From: Anolis carolinensis | Taxonomy: Eukaryota | Assembly (NCBI RefSeq): GCF_035594765.1 | Contig: NC_085846.1 | Location: forward strand, 20,633,190 to 20,697,189 | DNA: 64,000 bases | Direction of reading: 5' to 3' | In this document: positions 22,947 to 34,885 of the stretch, piece by piece | Layout of the letters: every line of letters starts with the position of its first letter | How positions within the stretch are numbered: position 1 is the first letter of the stretch | The notes under the pieces: generated by a model | Told to the model about the DNA's origin: nothing | The model's database searches: none | What the model saw: only the letters and a program-made list of their open reading frames with translations | Translations under genes and position numbers: made by a program

Positions 22947-25188
22947 ATCTATAACAACTAATCTGATAAAGTTGTTTTGATAATGGTCAACTTGTTCTTT
23001 AGAACAAATATTACGGACAGTAGAATGAAAAAAAAGATCAATGCAAGACAATGCAATAAGAAAATCACAAAATCCTATCCACCCTTCAAAAACAAATGAA
23101 CATTGTGACTCATATTTTTTTTTTGGTATTGGCAGGAGTAAGTTTTACTTTACATTCAATTTTCGATGAGATTCTTACACCACTTTCGCAGCAAGTAGGA
23201 CAGATGAAGTAAGATATTTAACTCAGTTTACGTCAAACCTTTAGAAAAGTAACCTTCCCCAATTTAGCATCTTTCATAAAACTTGCTCACAAATTCTAAA
23301 CTAATCCTGCAGAGACAATGTGCTCTCCTGTTTAATTTCAAGAAAGAAAGCAGAGCTATATATTTCTATTTATTAATTTATTAATTGATTTTGGACTTTA
23401 ATTGATTGCTATCATAAAACCATGGACATGATTCACAACTATCAAGAAACCATACAAATAATAACTGTATTAAATTTTTCTCCATAAATATCAAAATCCA
23501 ACTTTAAACTTCCAGAAAAAACCCAAACCTTTGAAGACAGTTTTCTCCATCCCTATGATTCATATTCTTTGAGTATTTGATAGGTAAGAGTAGCTTGTAA
23601 AGAGAATTGCATGCTGAATATGAAAATCTTAGAATTGCAAAGTCACTTTTATGTATGCTAGCGAAGTGTAAACACTAAACAGCATCTAAATAAAGTACCA
23701 AATCACAGTGATGTTTAATCCAGCTATTCCTTCTGCTTTTCTTCAAACCAGAGATGGGAATATCCTGATTGTAGCAAGCAGAAAGGGAGATATATCTATT
23801 TTACAAACTGCAATGGCAGCATAGATTTCTTTCCAATTAACTATCAACCTTATCAGATGGGCATAGAATTGGTGGCATACTGCACTTTATCTTCTCTTTA
23901 AGTACAGAGCCCACTGGCTCCCATTACATGACACACAGGTACTTCTGGCGGGGCTCCATGTTTAAAGTGAAGACAAGGTGGAGCATGCTACCATGAGAGC
24001 AACATGGGAGGTTTCCCATGTTCCACCAGGAATAATGGGGGGAAACCGGGTGGACGATGCTTCCCCCTGTGGGATGGTAACTTGGGTAAGTCAGACGATA
24101 CAGGGCATGGGGTGATTGGTTCTCCATGCCCCCAAATATGCACCATTGGAATCATCACAATGCATGGTGATTCCAGCAACCTCTAGGATGTCCTATTTTC
24201 CTGTAACCTTAGTGGTAAATTTTCACTGACATCTGTAATGAACAATGATACATGGTGATCACAGCTAGGAAAAAATAAAGTGTGCACCACGGTTTGCATT
24301 AAATGCCACATGTTTGTATTTAAAGAAAAATTAGCATACTTGGACATGAGCGATAGCCTATGGTGGATTAAAGACAAGCAGAGGCTGTTGCTCTGTGCTA
24401 CTGAAGAAGGGAAACAGAAGTCTATTCTCTAGATTAAAGCTAGAATACTGGAAGGACAAGGTTTGAGTTCCCATTCAACCACTGAAACCTACTAGGTAAA
24501 GGTAGTCCTATGATATGCTCACCATAAGTCAGAGTCATCTTTACAGCACAAACAACAAACTCACCTAAGAAATTATTAGAGTTGTCTTGTAAAAGGAAAT
24601 CTAGAAGAGTCGTCTGATTATCAAAAGGATTCCATCTCAGTGCAAACATAGGTATGAATTTGATCACCAGAAACTAGAGCAACAAATAGAACAAGGTAAG
24701 ACTTATTTGGCCTTCTGCTGCCCAAGCTTTTTGCTTCTAGCAAAGGAGGTAGACCTACCAAGACTTTTCAAGACTTGGGAAACACCCAAGGGGTATAATT
24801 TGCATGGTTACTGGGGAATTTCCAGTTGATTATGTAGAAAATAAATTCCCTGATTTTATGCACTAATGAAAGCACCATATCCAGAGCCTCTAACAATGGG
24901 GGAAACACAAAGCTAATACAATAGCTCGTGACCTGAACAGTTCTGAAAAATCATAGAACTGCATAACCCCTAGAAAGAGGATATGGTTTGTATTATGTCA
25001 CCAAACCACAAGTATTGCAGAAGATAGTTTTCTAGGGTGGTCTAGGGATGCAGAGTATTCCTTTTTGTTTGGCTTCCCATCTGAAAAGGGGGCACTTTTT
25101 TTGCTTAGGAAATTACCTCCAAAAAGCTCAGTAGGACTCTTCACAATTTGTAGTCTTCTGAATATTAATATATTCATAAATGTAAGTA

Positions 25189-25511
25189 CAGTAGAGTCTC
25201 ACTTATCCAACATAAACGGGCCGGCAGAACATTGGATAAGCGAATATGTTGGATAATAAGGAGAGATTAAGAAAAAGCCTATTAAACATCAACATAGGTT
25301 ATGATTTTACAAATTAAGCACCAAAACATCATGTTAGACAACAAATTTGACAGAAAAAGTAGTTCAATATGCAGTAATGTTATGTTGTAATTACTGTATT
25401 AACAAAATTAGCACCAAAATATCACGTTATATTAAAAACATTGACTACAAAAATGTGTTGGATAATCCAGAACGTTGGATAAGCGAGTGTTGGATAAGTG
25501 AGACTCTACTG
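25189..25511. mobile_element. Tc1/mariner MITE, full length
   Basis: Same TIRs as 7465-7787, opposite orientation, TA TSD. Confidence 0.95.
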
Positions 25512-25908
25512 TATATGTATTTGTAATGAAATCATTATTTTTTGTAGACTTGTTTTCTGAAAACTATTTTTAAAGGTTTTGTTAACAGTTAATTAAATAA
25601 AGCATCCATAAATTTAGATTTCTTTCTAGTTCATCAACACGATGATGAATCAAAGTAGTTAACATGCAAATATGTTACAACTTACAAGTGTTAAAGACAA
25701 TACTTCTCATCATGCTTTTTCCTGAAGGAGAATTGTGGTTCATACTATGTTACTAGTTGAGTCTCCAACTTCCAGAAATCCAAACTTTGCAACACTGACC
25801 ACTATCATAAATTTCACTAGTGGAAAGCAAAGAAGGAGGAATTGACTTATACAGAGACCCCGTTAAAAAAACAACAACAGATGATCAGGAGAGGGGAAAA
25901 TCCAAGTA

Positions 25909-26228
25909 CAGTAGAGTCTCACTTATCCAACTTAAACAGGCTGGCAGAATGTTGGATAAGCAAATATGTTGGATAATAAGGAGGCATTAAGGAAAAGCCT
26001 ATTAAACATCAAATTAGGTTATGATTTTACAAATGAAGCACCAAAACATCATGTTAGACAACAAATTTGGCAGAAAAAGTAGTTCAATACGCAGTAATGC
26101 TATGTAGTAATTACTGTATTTATGAATTTAGCACCAAAATATGATATATTGAAAACATTGACTCCAAAAATGCGTTGGATAATCCAGAACATTGGATAAG
26201 CGAGTGTTGGATAAGTGAGACTCTACTG
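25909..26228. mobile_element. Tc1/mariner MITE, full length
   Basis: Same TIRs, TA TSD. Confidence 0.95.
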
Positions 26229-26230
26229 TA

Positions 26231-26331
26231 GCACCAAAATATCATGATGTATTGAAAACATTGACTACAAAAATGTGTTGGATAATCCAGAACGTTGGAT
26301 AAGCGAATGTTGGATAAGTGAGACTCTACTG
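26231..26331. mobile_element. Additional terminal 101 bp of the same MITE family
   Basis: GCACCAAAATATC...GAGACTCTACTG followed by TA, directly after the full copy. Confidence 0.9.
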
Positions 26332-26796
26332 TACATATGCTACCATAAACATGGGAAATATTTGAATGCTGGCTCTATGCTTTTTATGGGATTCTCAAAT
26401 CTAGCTTCATGAAGGAGAGTATTAACTCAGCAAAATATTCCTCTCAAAAAGGTTTAGCAGAACCTTTCATTCATAATTGGGAAAATTAATTAAGATTCTT
26501 GAGTCTTCAATAGAATTGACCAAAATGGCATTCAAAGTTAGGGTGTTACTCACATGATGTGTTCATGCTTAGTTGTAACCTATGCTGATTTCAGGGTTGA
26601 AGCCTCCAAGACATATAGATATAGATAAAGATACAGATATAGATATATTTATCTCAAGAGGAGGAAAGCCATTTCTAGAGAAGAGCTCCAAAAGCTATAT
26701 TAGCTGTCGGAATTTAAAAATCAACTAAAGACTTATCTCAGCCAGTTTTAAGCATGGATTTTAAACTCATGTCTTGTGTTTAATCTCAGAAAAGAA

Positions 26797-27483
26797 AAGA
26801 AAATCCAACAAATGCTACGATCAGCGAAGGACAAGAGGGATCCTCTCTCTTCTGCAGGAGTCTACCGGATACCATGCAGCTGTGGACAAGTATACAAAGG
26901 GACCACCAAACGCAGCGCCCAAACAAGAGTCAAAGAACATGAAAGGCACTGCAGACTAATTCAACCAGAGAAATCAGCCATAGCAGAGCATTTGATGAAC
27001 CAGCCTGGACACAGGATATTATTTGAGAACACAAAAATGCTGGACCATTCCAACAACTATCATGTCAGACTACACAGAGAAGCCATTGAAATCCACAAGC
27101 ATGTGGACAACTTCAACAGAAAGGAAGAAACCATGAAAATGAACAAAATCTGGCTACCAGTATTACAAAACTCCAAAATCAAAACAGTAGATGGGAACCA
27201 AAACTCTGAGGGCTTGACTGAACAAAGGATGCCCCCAGGCAAGAGACAAAACATTTCCAATGCTAATTAGGGTGATTAACTGAAACATTAATGCTGGCTT
27301 CCCAGTGACAAAGGACTCTTGCCACACCCTGGACTCTACACAGATATATATTCTTTCCTTTCCTTACTTAGTTTATCCATACCTCACAACCTCTGAGGAT
27401 GCCTGCCATAGATGTGGGCGAAACGTCAGGAGAGAATACTTCTGGAACATGGCCACACAGCCCGAAAGACATACAACAACCCT
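26797..27483 (+). mobile_element. Penelope-like (Poseidon-type) retroelement, 5'-truncated: GIY-YIG endonuclease plus 3' UTR
   Basis: GVYRIPCSCGQVYKGTTKR...RVKEH...SAIAEH...REAIEI...FNRKEE (ORF ends 27270); YIG altered to YKG; 3' region shared with 13636, 39296 and 45363 copies. Confidence 0.92.
27383..27434 (+). ncRNA. Minimal type I hammerhead ribozyme, intact core
   Basis: CCT (27390-92), CTGAGGA (27393-99), T, GCCTGC-catagat-GTGGGC helix II, GAAAC GTC (predicted cleavage after C27427), AGG (27428-30) closing helix I. Confidence 0.85.
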
Positions 27484-27899
27484 ACCATCAAATAGCTCAC
27501 CCCAAAACTGCAGAAATGAGACCAAAAAAGTGTGCTTGAAAAAGTTTGAAAGTTATGCAAACTGAAATACAGAATTAGCCATGACCTTTAAAAAAGGCTT
27601 TTCACCTGATGAACTTTCAACATTTATTATTTTTAATGGACAGTAGTAGATCAGCTTGTATAGGTTTAGGGTTGTACATGGTCCCTTAACCAACTGAGCA
27701 AGCATCACTTTCTGTACATATCAGATTTGTGCTAAGGATTGAAAAGACAAGTTATTCTTGCTAAACTAAGTAGTCAGTTCTTCTCATGGTACAATCCTAT
27801 ATTTTTCAGAAACAATGATGCTCTAAGCAATTGAAAACATAGTTCATGTTTTCTTTTTAAAAAACAGGACTTTCCGTATGATTTGATTATGATTCTATT

Positions 27900-28062
27900 G
27901 ACTATGAAAGTCTTCTGGGAATTTTACTTGCATAGGAAAACTCTTGAGGTATAAATTCTCAAAGGTACATTAGCATACATTTTAAAATGAAATGTGAAAT
28001 CAATGCACAGTACACTGCAAATGTAAGAGCATGAAAGAAGATAGGTCCCTTTACAGGTAAGG
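27900..28062 (+). promoter_or_regulatory. Candidate promoter and 5' non-coding exon of OR5V1-like gene
   Basis: Degenerate O/E-like sites (TCTTCTGGGA, ACTCTTGAGG, TCTCAAAGGT); donor CAG|GTAAGG at 28056/28057 that could pair with acceptor at 29385-29386. Confidence 0.45.
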
Positions 28063-28165
28063 AAGGGAATATTTTATGACTGGACTATACTATTATTTCA
28101 GATTGAAGCAATGAGTCATATGAATAAACAACTGTAATAATAATGCTTACCCTTGTTGCATTGTA

Positions 28166-28169
<4 letters not shown>

Positions 28170-28208
<39 letters not shown>
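28170..28208. repeat. (TG)n microsatellite
   Basis: Direct reading. Confidence 0.95.
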
Positions 28209-28211
<3 letters not shown>

Positions 28212-29424
28212 ATTTAAATAAGCTTTACTCCCCTCTATGATATCCTATCCAGAGTTTTAATTCACATATATTGAGATACTTTTATTTATGTTTGACTGGT
28301 TGTATTTAATTTCCATTGAAATGTAAGAGATGTAATACATGATTTACTTGTCTCACAGTCCCATTATATGATAATGTAAACCATTATCATATAGTTTTTC
28401 CCATTGAAGTCAGTGGGGCATTTCTGCATATGCTGATATAGTACTGTCTTGCCAATCTGGATCCAACATGACTTTTTAATTGCTTCTTTCCTGTCTTCCA
28501 TCCTTATCTGTAAGCAATGCCAACAGCACAACAGAGCAATGGGATGAATGTTGTGCAAAAGGCTGCAGAATAACACATTGTTCTCAATCCAAAAAGAGAT
28601 GCATATATAAACTGCACTTACAAATGCATGTGCCATGCATATAATTCTGTCAAACTGCTCCAAATACACTATTTTAAGGGGTATGGGCATGGGCATGTAA
28701 AGAACTGGTGACATTCAATATATGCTTCATAAATTGTGAAACTAAGTGAGAGACCTGGGTGTTAGGTTCAGATTGTGTACAATCGATAACAGAACAATAC
28801 ACTAGACAAGCCATATTATGGGTGTGACCACATAAAGCATCTTCCCTTGCCTCACCGTGGTACATTTTGGAAAGAAAGCTCCCATCATGCTGGGTTATTT
28901 GCCATGCTGGTTGGAGTTGTTGGGAATTGTAGGCTTATGAAATCATCCTGAAAATAAGATTTTAGTCACTCTTGAGGGAAAAGACCCAAACAGCCACAAT
29001 GAATCAATGTCTCTAGCAACTTCTGTAGAATATTCTTCCAAATTGATCTCAACTGCGATACAAAGCTGCAAAATATGAAGTACTGAACTGTGTGTTATGT
29101 TCTTTCATGTATTTACAAATTATGGTGAGGCTTTGGTATATTCCTGCAGCACTGAGAGACACTGGCAAAACTTAGTGCACTAAATCTAACTTATATTACT
29201 ATTATGTATGGATTCAGCTCTTTCTGTTTGCTACAGTGCCTATCAGAACAAAGAGCAATAAATACTTGCAAGCAAACTTTTTGTGGCAAAATTACCCCAA
29301 TCCTTTAATTGATAGCAGCCTGCAGGATTTATGGAGTATCTGATAATTTTGAGACTACTTTGATGTATTGTATCTTTTTCTTACAGACAAAAAAAAAAAT
29401 CTGACAGCTGGTTGGGGATTAGAT

Positions 29425-30351
29425 ATGAAGGTACATAACCAAACAGTATTTTCTGAGTTCATCATTCTTGGCTTTCAAGATCTGCAGGAGCTACACCTCT
29501 TACTCTTCAGTGGATTCTTGACCATTTATTTATTCACAGTGCTGTGGAATGCCTTCATTATCACAATGGCCACATTGGATCAGCGACTCAGAACTCCCAT
29601 GTACTTCTTTCTTGGGAACCTCTCTGTTCTTGATATCTGCTACACTACTACTACTATTCCTCCGATGATGAGTCTCCTTCTCACACAGAGAAACAGCATC
29701 TCTTATATAGGTTGTCTGCTTCAACTGTATTTCTTTTTTTCCTTTGTAGGCACTGAATGCCTGCTTCTGGCAGTTATGGCCTTTGACCGATATGTTGCCA
29801 TTTGCAAACCTTTGCATTATCCACTGGTTATCAGAAGAAAATTTTGCCTTCAGCTAGCTACTCTATGTTGGGCTAGCGGTTTCTTCAACTCTGCAATACA
29901 CACATGTTTTGCCTTCAGGTTACCTTTCTGTAATGACAATCGCCTTGATGCTTTCTACTGTGACATCCCTCCTCTGCTAAAACTGTCCTGTGGAGACATT
30001 ACCCTCAATCAAAGGCTTTTGCTATTCATTGGCCTGTTCATAGCTTGGACACCCCTTTTTTGTATTCTTCTATCATATGCTTACATCATTTCAACTGTCT
30101 TGAAAATACGCTCCACAGAAGGGAGACAAAAAGCTTTCTCCACCTGCTCTTCTCATCTCACTGTGGTTCTCTTGTATTATGGCAGTTGCATTTTCACATA
30201 TTTAAGACCAATTTCTTCTCAGTCATCAGTGAATGCAAAGCTCATCCCACTAATGTATAGTATCTTGACACCTTTGTTAAATCCAGTCATATATACCTTG
30301 CGCAACAAGGATGTGAAGAAAGCTTTCCAAAGTGCAATGGGAAAAATTTGA
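29425..30351 (+). CDS. OR5V1: Olfactory receptor, OR5V1-like, 308 aa
   Basis: ATG at 29425 (MKVHNQT; ORF-track TTG at 29368 lies upstream of acceptor AG 29385-29386). EFIILGF, FVGTECLLLA, CWASGFFNS, CDIPPLLKLSCG, FIAWTP, IFTYLRPIS, TLRNKD match remembered human OR5V1. Confidence 0.93.
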   Translation: MKVHNQTVFSEFIILGFQDLQELHLLLFSGFLTIYLFTVLWNAFIITMATLDQRLRTPMYFFLGNLSVLDICYTTTTIPPMMSLLLTQRNSISYIGCLLQLYFFFSFVGTECLLLAVMAFDRYVAICKPLHYPLVIRRKFCLQLATLCWASGFFNSAIHTCFAFRLPFCNDNRLDAFYCDIPPLLKLSCGDITLNQRLLLFIGLFIAWTPLFCILLSYAYIISTVLKIRSTEGRQKAFSTCSSHLTVVLLYYGSCIFTYLRPISSQSSVNAKLIPLMYSILTPLLNPVIYTLRNKDVKKAFQSAMGKI

Positions 30352-30356
30352 AGACT

Positions 30357-30436
30357 TTATATAATAAATCTTACCATGTAAGATTTATTATATAAGTTCA
30401 TTAAGATCCTTATATATTAAGGATCTTAATAAACTT
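30357..30436 (+). repeat. Two back-to-back inverted repeats directly after OR stop codon
   Basis: Perfect 18-bp stem 30357-30374/30378-30395; 18-of-19 stem 30394-30412/30418-30436. Confidence 0.95.
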
Positions 30437-31934
30437 TGTACTAAAATAACATTTAATCCCAGCACAGGGAGACATTATTATTAAATCAAACAAGAAAATA
30501 AAAATGTTGTGACACATTCTTAAAATAAATACAAATATCATTTGTGGGGAGAGCAATATCCAAACAAAGAGAGATGTGTCATTGTGGTTTCATCATGATC
30601 CATCTTTATGAATTTCCTGTTCTTGTGCATTACGGATGTGATTCTTCCCTAAATTTCTTCTTCAAGGAAGCAATTTTAACATTTTTTCCTTTGAAGGTGA
30701 AAATATTTTCAAAAACTGCACAGCATTTGAAGATTATTACAATTCAAGTCTTCTGTGCAAAATTCACCTGTGTATTCATTTGTGCAGGAAGAAGAATTTT
30801 TCTGTGCAGAAAATCATGTTTTTGAGCAAAAATAATATGCCCAAATGCTGTTTTCAGCATAATACAACTATGGCAGATTTTTCCTAGAATGTGTATCCTG
30901 TTGATTGCATCCTCCACTCATCAGGATTTCTCGGCACATTTTAAAATATTTTTTATCTTTTCATTCTAGTATTTTCCCTGCCCTTGCTATACATATGCTG
31001 TCCCTTTTAATTAGATTAATAATTGTGTGGTTATGATATAACAAGATTTATTGAAGTTTTTTTGAAAGCTAGTTTAAAACTGAAGTTATGCTATCAAATT
31101 CTGGCTTCTGCTCCAGAAGACAAGGAAACTAGAGAGAAAACAGATGTCTTAACAGATCAGAAAGTTGTGGTAGAAATGAACTAATAGAAATGCAGAAACA
31201 AGCAGATTTTCTGGGAGATAAAATGGTGGACACATTCTTAAAAAATAGAAACGTTCTATTAAAATACATGGTATCCATAAAGTCTCTTTACCATCTTAAT
31301 GGTAAAGAAACTTTAAATGGTAAAGAGACTTCATGGACACCCTGTATATCTGAGGTAGAACAAAGGCCTTTACATGCAGGTTTGGAGATATAAACTGTTG
31401 GGATATTCATTCGTTAATGTAAAAACAAGCATAAGGAGGAGGAAAATTGTTAAACTATAGAGAAAGAGACAAAGAGAAGTAGGAAATTCTCTTTTAAAAT
31501 TATGTTTATATTTTCGAGTTATATGGGGCTGTATGTTGTAAGAGAAATAAAATAGTTGGTTATGTAGTAATTAAGTATGTATGTAAATATGTATAAGCAT
31601 TATTGTTTTCTTTATTTGTGTGTTATATAAAACATTTGAATTAAAAGTGGGAAAAAGAAGTTGGTAGATTTCTCACTTAAAATAGTCCTTTCATGTATAA
31701 GTTCCCTAGTTTTGCAACCACAAATTCAGGTGAGATAGATAGAGCAAAGATGTTCTAGTCCTCTATTAATTTATGAGCATTATTGTAGAGCTAGAGGAAT
31801 TGTGCTTGAATTGGACTGTGTCTATATCATTGAATACAGACTGTAACATCTCAATACCCTGAAATGGAAACACATTATTATTTTTATTATATTTATTTAT
31901 ACCCCACTTTATCTCGCCGCCTCAAGCAAACCTG

Positions 31935-31982
31935 AATTAATCCCTAGTAAACTGGGATTTACCAGTTTACTATGGATTAATT
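31935..31982. repeat. 21-bp inverted repeat, 6-nt loop
   Basis: AATTAATCCCTAGTAAACTGG-gattta-CCAGTTTACTATGGATTAATT, 20 of 21 paired. Confidence 0.9.
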
Positions 31983-32346
31983 AAACACCAGAAAAGATCT
32001 GGAGCTTAATGTAATCTTTCCAGGTGATGGTTTTTGTGATCCCAGGGGTCAATCCCCACTGTGATCCCAGCTTTTTGGTCTCAAGGGCTCCAAAGGAGTA
32101 GAATGGTGACCCCACCTTCCCCTCTCATCCTCCATTTAGTCCTAGACTTTACCTGAGATGCTGGGCTGCATGAAATCCCTCCCCCCCTCAACATGTCATT
32201 TTGACATGTCAGGAATTTTTGGCGGAGGTACCTGAGCATGTAAGGCCCTTCAGTTAATTTTGGGGGTCAATGGAGGGCTGGGAGCTGGCTCCATGGTCTC
32301 CTGAGTCTGGAAGGGCCCTTAGAAAGACAAGGAGAGATTAATAAGA

Positions 32347-33056
32347 TTTACTTGTGAGTAGACCAGCCTTACGCTTCTGGTCCTGGAGATGTGTAGTATA
32401 ATCCAACCAGCTGGTCTATTCAGAATAAAGCCTCTGGACTTAGCCTTCTGTACTTTTAAAGTAAAAATTCTAAATTTAGAATTCTACAGATGTACAAGAC
32501 TTACTTCTGAGTCTATTTAGGAGTGTATTGTTAAGGCAGGAGAACAACAGAATTTTACAGATCTAGGAGACCAAATTACAAGAGGAAGCTCATCTGAAGT
32601 TTACTACAAATACAGATAATTATATATTCAACTCTTTTCTGCTCTGTCTGAAAACTAGCTGATATTTTTCTCAGTAGTGCCCTAGAAATCAATCGACATG
32701 AGTGGGTGGGGAGACTTCAGCATGCACGTAGGCACCGCCTTTTTATCCTAAGCACACTTGTGGGGTAGGTCAAGCTAAAAGAGTGCAATTGGATCATGGT
32801 AAGTGCATGGACTTCACAGGGACATTAAAATTTGAACCTTATAATTCCATCCTATAGTCCTCCTGACCCTAACAATATATCTTAAATATGTCTGCTCAGA
32901 AATACGTCTTGTAAATCTGTGTGATCCTAAATTTAGAATTGTGGACTTAAAGGTGCACAAGGAAAAGTCTAGGGACTTTCGTCTGAGTAGACCAGTGGTT
33001 TGTCTTGCAGCTCATATTTCTGGGAGCAGATGCTGAAGCCAGTCTATGCAAGTAAA
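32347..33056. mobile_element. Old foldback element with about 195-bp terminal inverted repeats
   Basis: 32347-32542 aligns colinearly with the reverse complement of 32860-33056 (shared blocks TTTACTTG, CTGGTCTA.TCAGA, AATTCTAAATTTAG, ACAGAT.TACAAGAC, TATTGTTA, CAGGAG). Confidence 0.8.
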
Positions 33057-34567
33057 GGCACATTTATTTACACTGATGTATAATGCAGCTTGAATCTGTT
33101 TGGGAGTAACCAGTTTTGTTACACAAGTGATTAGATGTACAGATCTGGAATCAGCTTGAGGCCAGGTAGGTGATTTTATTAACCATGGATTCTGGCCTCA
33201 AACTGCTCTGCCCTCACTCCTATTTTTAGGAGAAATGTGGACCAGCACTACCGAGGCATAGGAAGTGAAAGAAGGGAAATGGAAAGTTAAAATCAGGTGT
33301 GGAGGCAGTCACTTACTTGTCCCAGGAGGTCAGTTAGCCCCCTGCTAACCAGCCAAGTCCTTGGGGTATTTTTTTCTGTAGCCCTCTCACCCCCTCATTC
33401 CAAATCCTTCAACATGCTTCAGCAAGGATGTGTGTCTACAATGAACTCTATATTCTGTGAATCCAATTTTTGTCCTGGAATTGGGCATATATAGAGATCT
33501 TCTGAAGTATATTAAAGGGCTTAACTTGGATTTCCCTGTGGCTTTTCAGTGCATTGTGCATCCTTAAATGCATGCTGCCACCACAGTTAAGAAGTCGAAT
33601 TAAATCATCAGTGTAGATGAGCCCTTAATTTCACAGAGTGCAATTCAACTTAGTTCCCAGTTAATTGTGGATAAGATTGCAATGATTCCTATAAATGTGA
33701 CCTAAGGTATTGATGTGGAAATGAGTATCAGATCCTCAATGTTTTGAGGGAAACTGTTTCCCATTGCAAGAAATTTCACTTTAAGCCACAGTTGCACAAA
33801 CTAATACACACACACATACAGAAATCAATTTCGACACGCAAAAAGAAAGATGTGTGTGTATTCACAATAAATAGTAAATAGCACCATTAAGTGCAATGGC
33901 ATTTATCTGAATGTTAAGTGAAGATTAGGTTCTAATCCTCCCTATACATAAATAGTAAGAAGTAAGCCCATGAAGTCTTCTTGGAGCTAACAATGTAATC
34001 ACAAGTAGATCAACTCAGAGGTAGATCTTTAGTTTGATAAACTAAGTCCTGTAATTCTGCAGGATTCTTTTTATAGAACTGTGGCATTAACGTTTGGAAA
34101 AGATCTATGGCAAAATATCTAGATTTGGGGGACTGGCTGGCTTGTGTCTCCTCTACACACTTCAAAAATTAAATTATGCACAACCCACCCCATTGTTTAC
34201 CCATGGTATTCTGTTTCTGTATTGTGTAAAAAAATAGACACCTCCTCCCGTTTCATTGTCAATGGAATGCCCATATCACAAGGTTTTATTTTTTTTAAAA
34301 AGAAGTGCAATTGCAGAATTTCAAAGGTTTAGAATTGCAGTTACAGGAGGATTGATGTGTGATGTGGAGTATGTGCATGGTTTAACTAGAAATTGATAGA
34401 GGTGTATTCTATGTGATTCGGGAATAAATGTGCTGCCTTCTTTCAAGACAGAATGCTATGGAAGAGGACAGAAAGAGGATGCTACCACCTGCTTTCACCT
34501 CTGATGTGATGAGGTCCTTAAGGTCTCAAACATTTAGAAATTCAACGAAATTTACATGTACTACCTA

Positions 34568-34885
34568 GAGCAAAAACCACGGTCCATTTCCATCTCTTTT
34601 TAAAATTAACATGGCCGGGAAGGTGGGGGGGGGGCTGAGAGAGAACGAATTGTCACCCAACAGTGCAGGCAGCAGGATGTATTGTGAACATATATTTCAT
34701 ATATGACTTGTATTAATTCTCCAAATAACCAAACCATTTCCTTAGAGGAAATAATTTCTCACAGGACAACTCACAAAGAATAATGATCACATCCAGAAGT
34801 TGTATCTCTTTGTCTATCATATGGTTTTAATGCCAGAAAAGTAACAATACAAACACTATCAAACTACATCAGATTTTCCAGTGAA
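34568..34885 (-). repeat. Non-coding paralog of the promoter-like block at 45085-45615 (orphan copy)
   Basis: Colinear similarity including ATTTCCATCTCTTTTTAAAATTA, AATAATGATCACAT, AAAGTAACAATACAAACACTAT, CATCAGATTTTCCA. Confidence 0.9.

Noticed and set aside
25189-26331. Repeated GTTGGATAA units as a CRISPR-like array
   Set aside because: Eukaryotic DNA; these are subterminal repeats of the mariner MITE, with no unique spacers or cas genes.
26776-27270. 164-aa GIY-YIG nuclease ORF as a domesticated gene
   Set aside because: 5'-truncated Penelope copy with no RT domain, YIG changed to YKG and element 3' UTR still attached.
29368-29424. N-terminal extensions of ORs in the ORF track (also 21865-21873 and 61911-61940)
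   Set aside because: They use TTG or GTG starts. Two cross the splice acceptor, and the downstream ATG gives a normal OR N-terminus with its glycosylation site.
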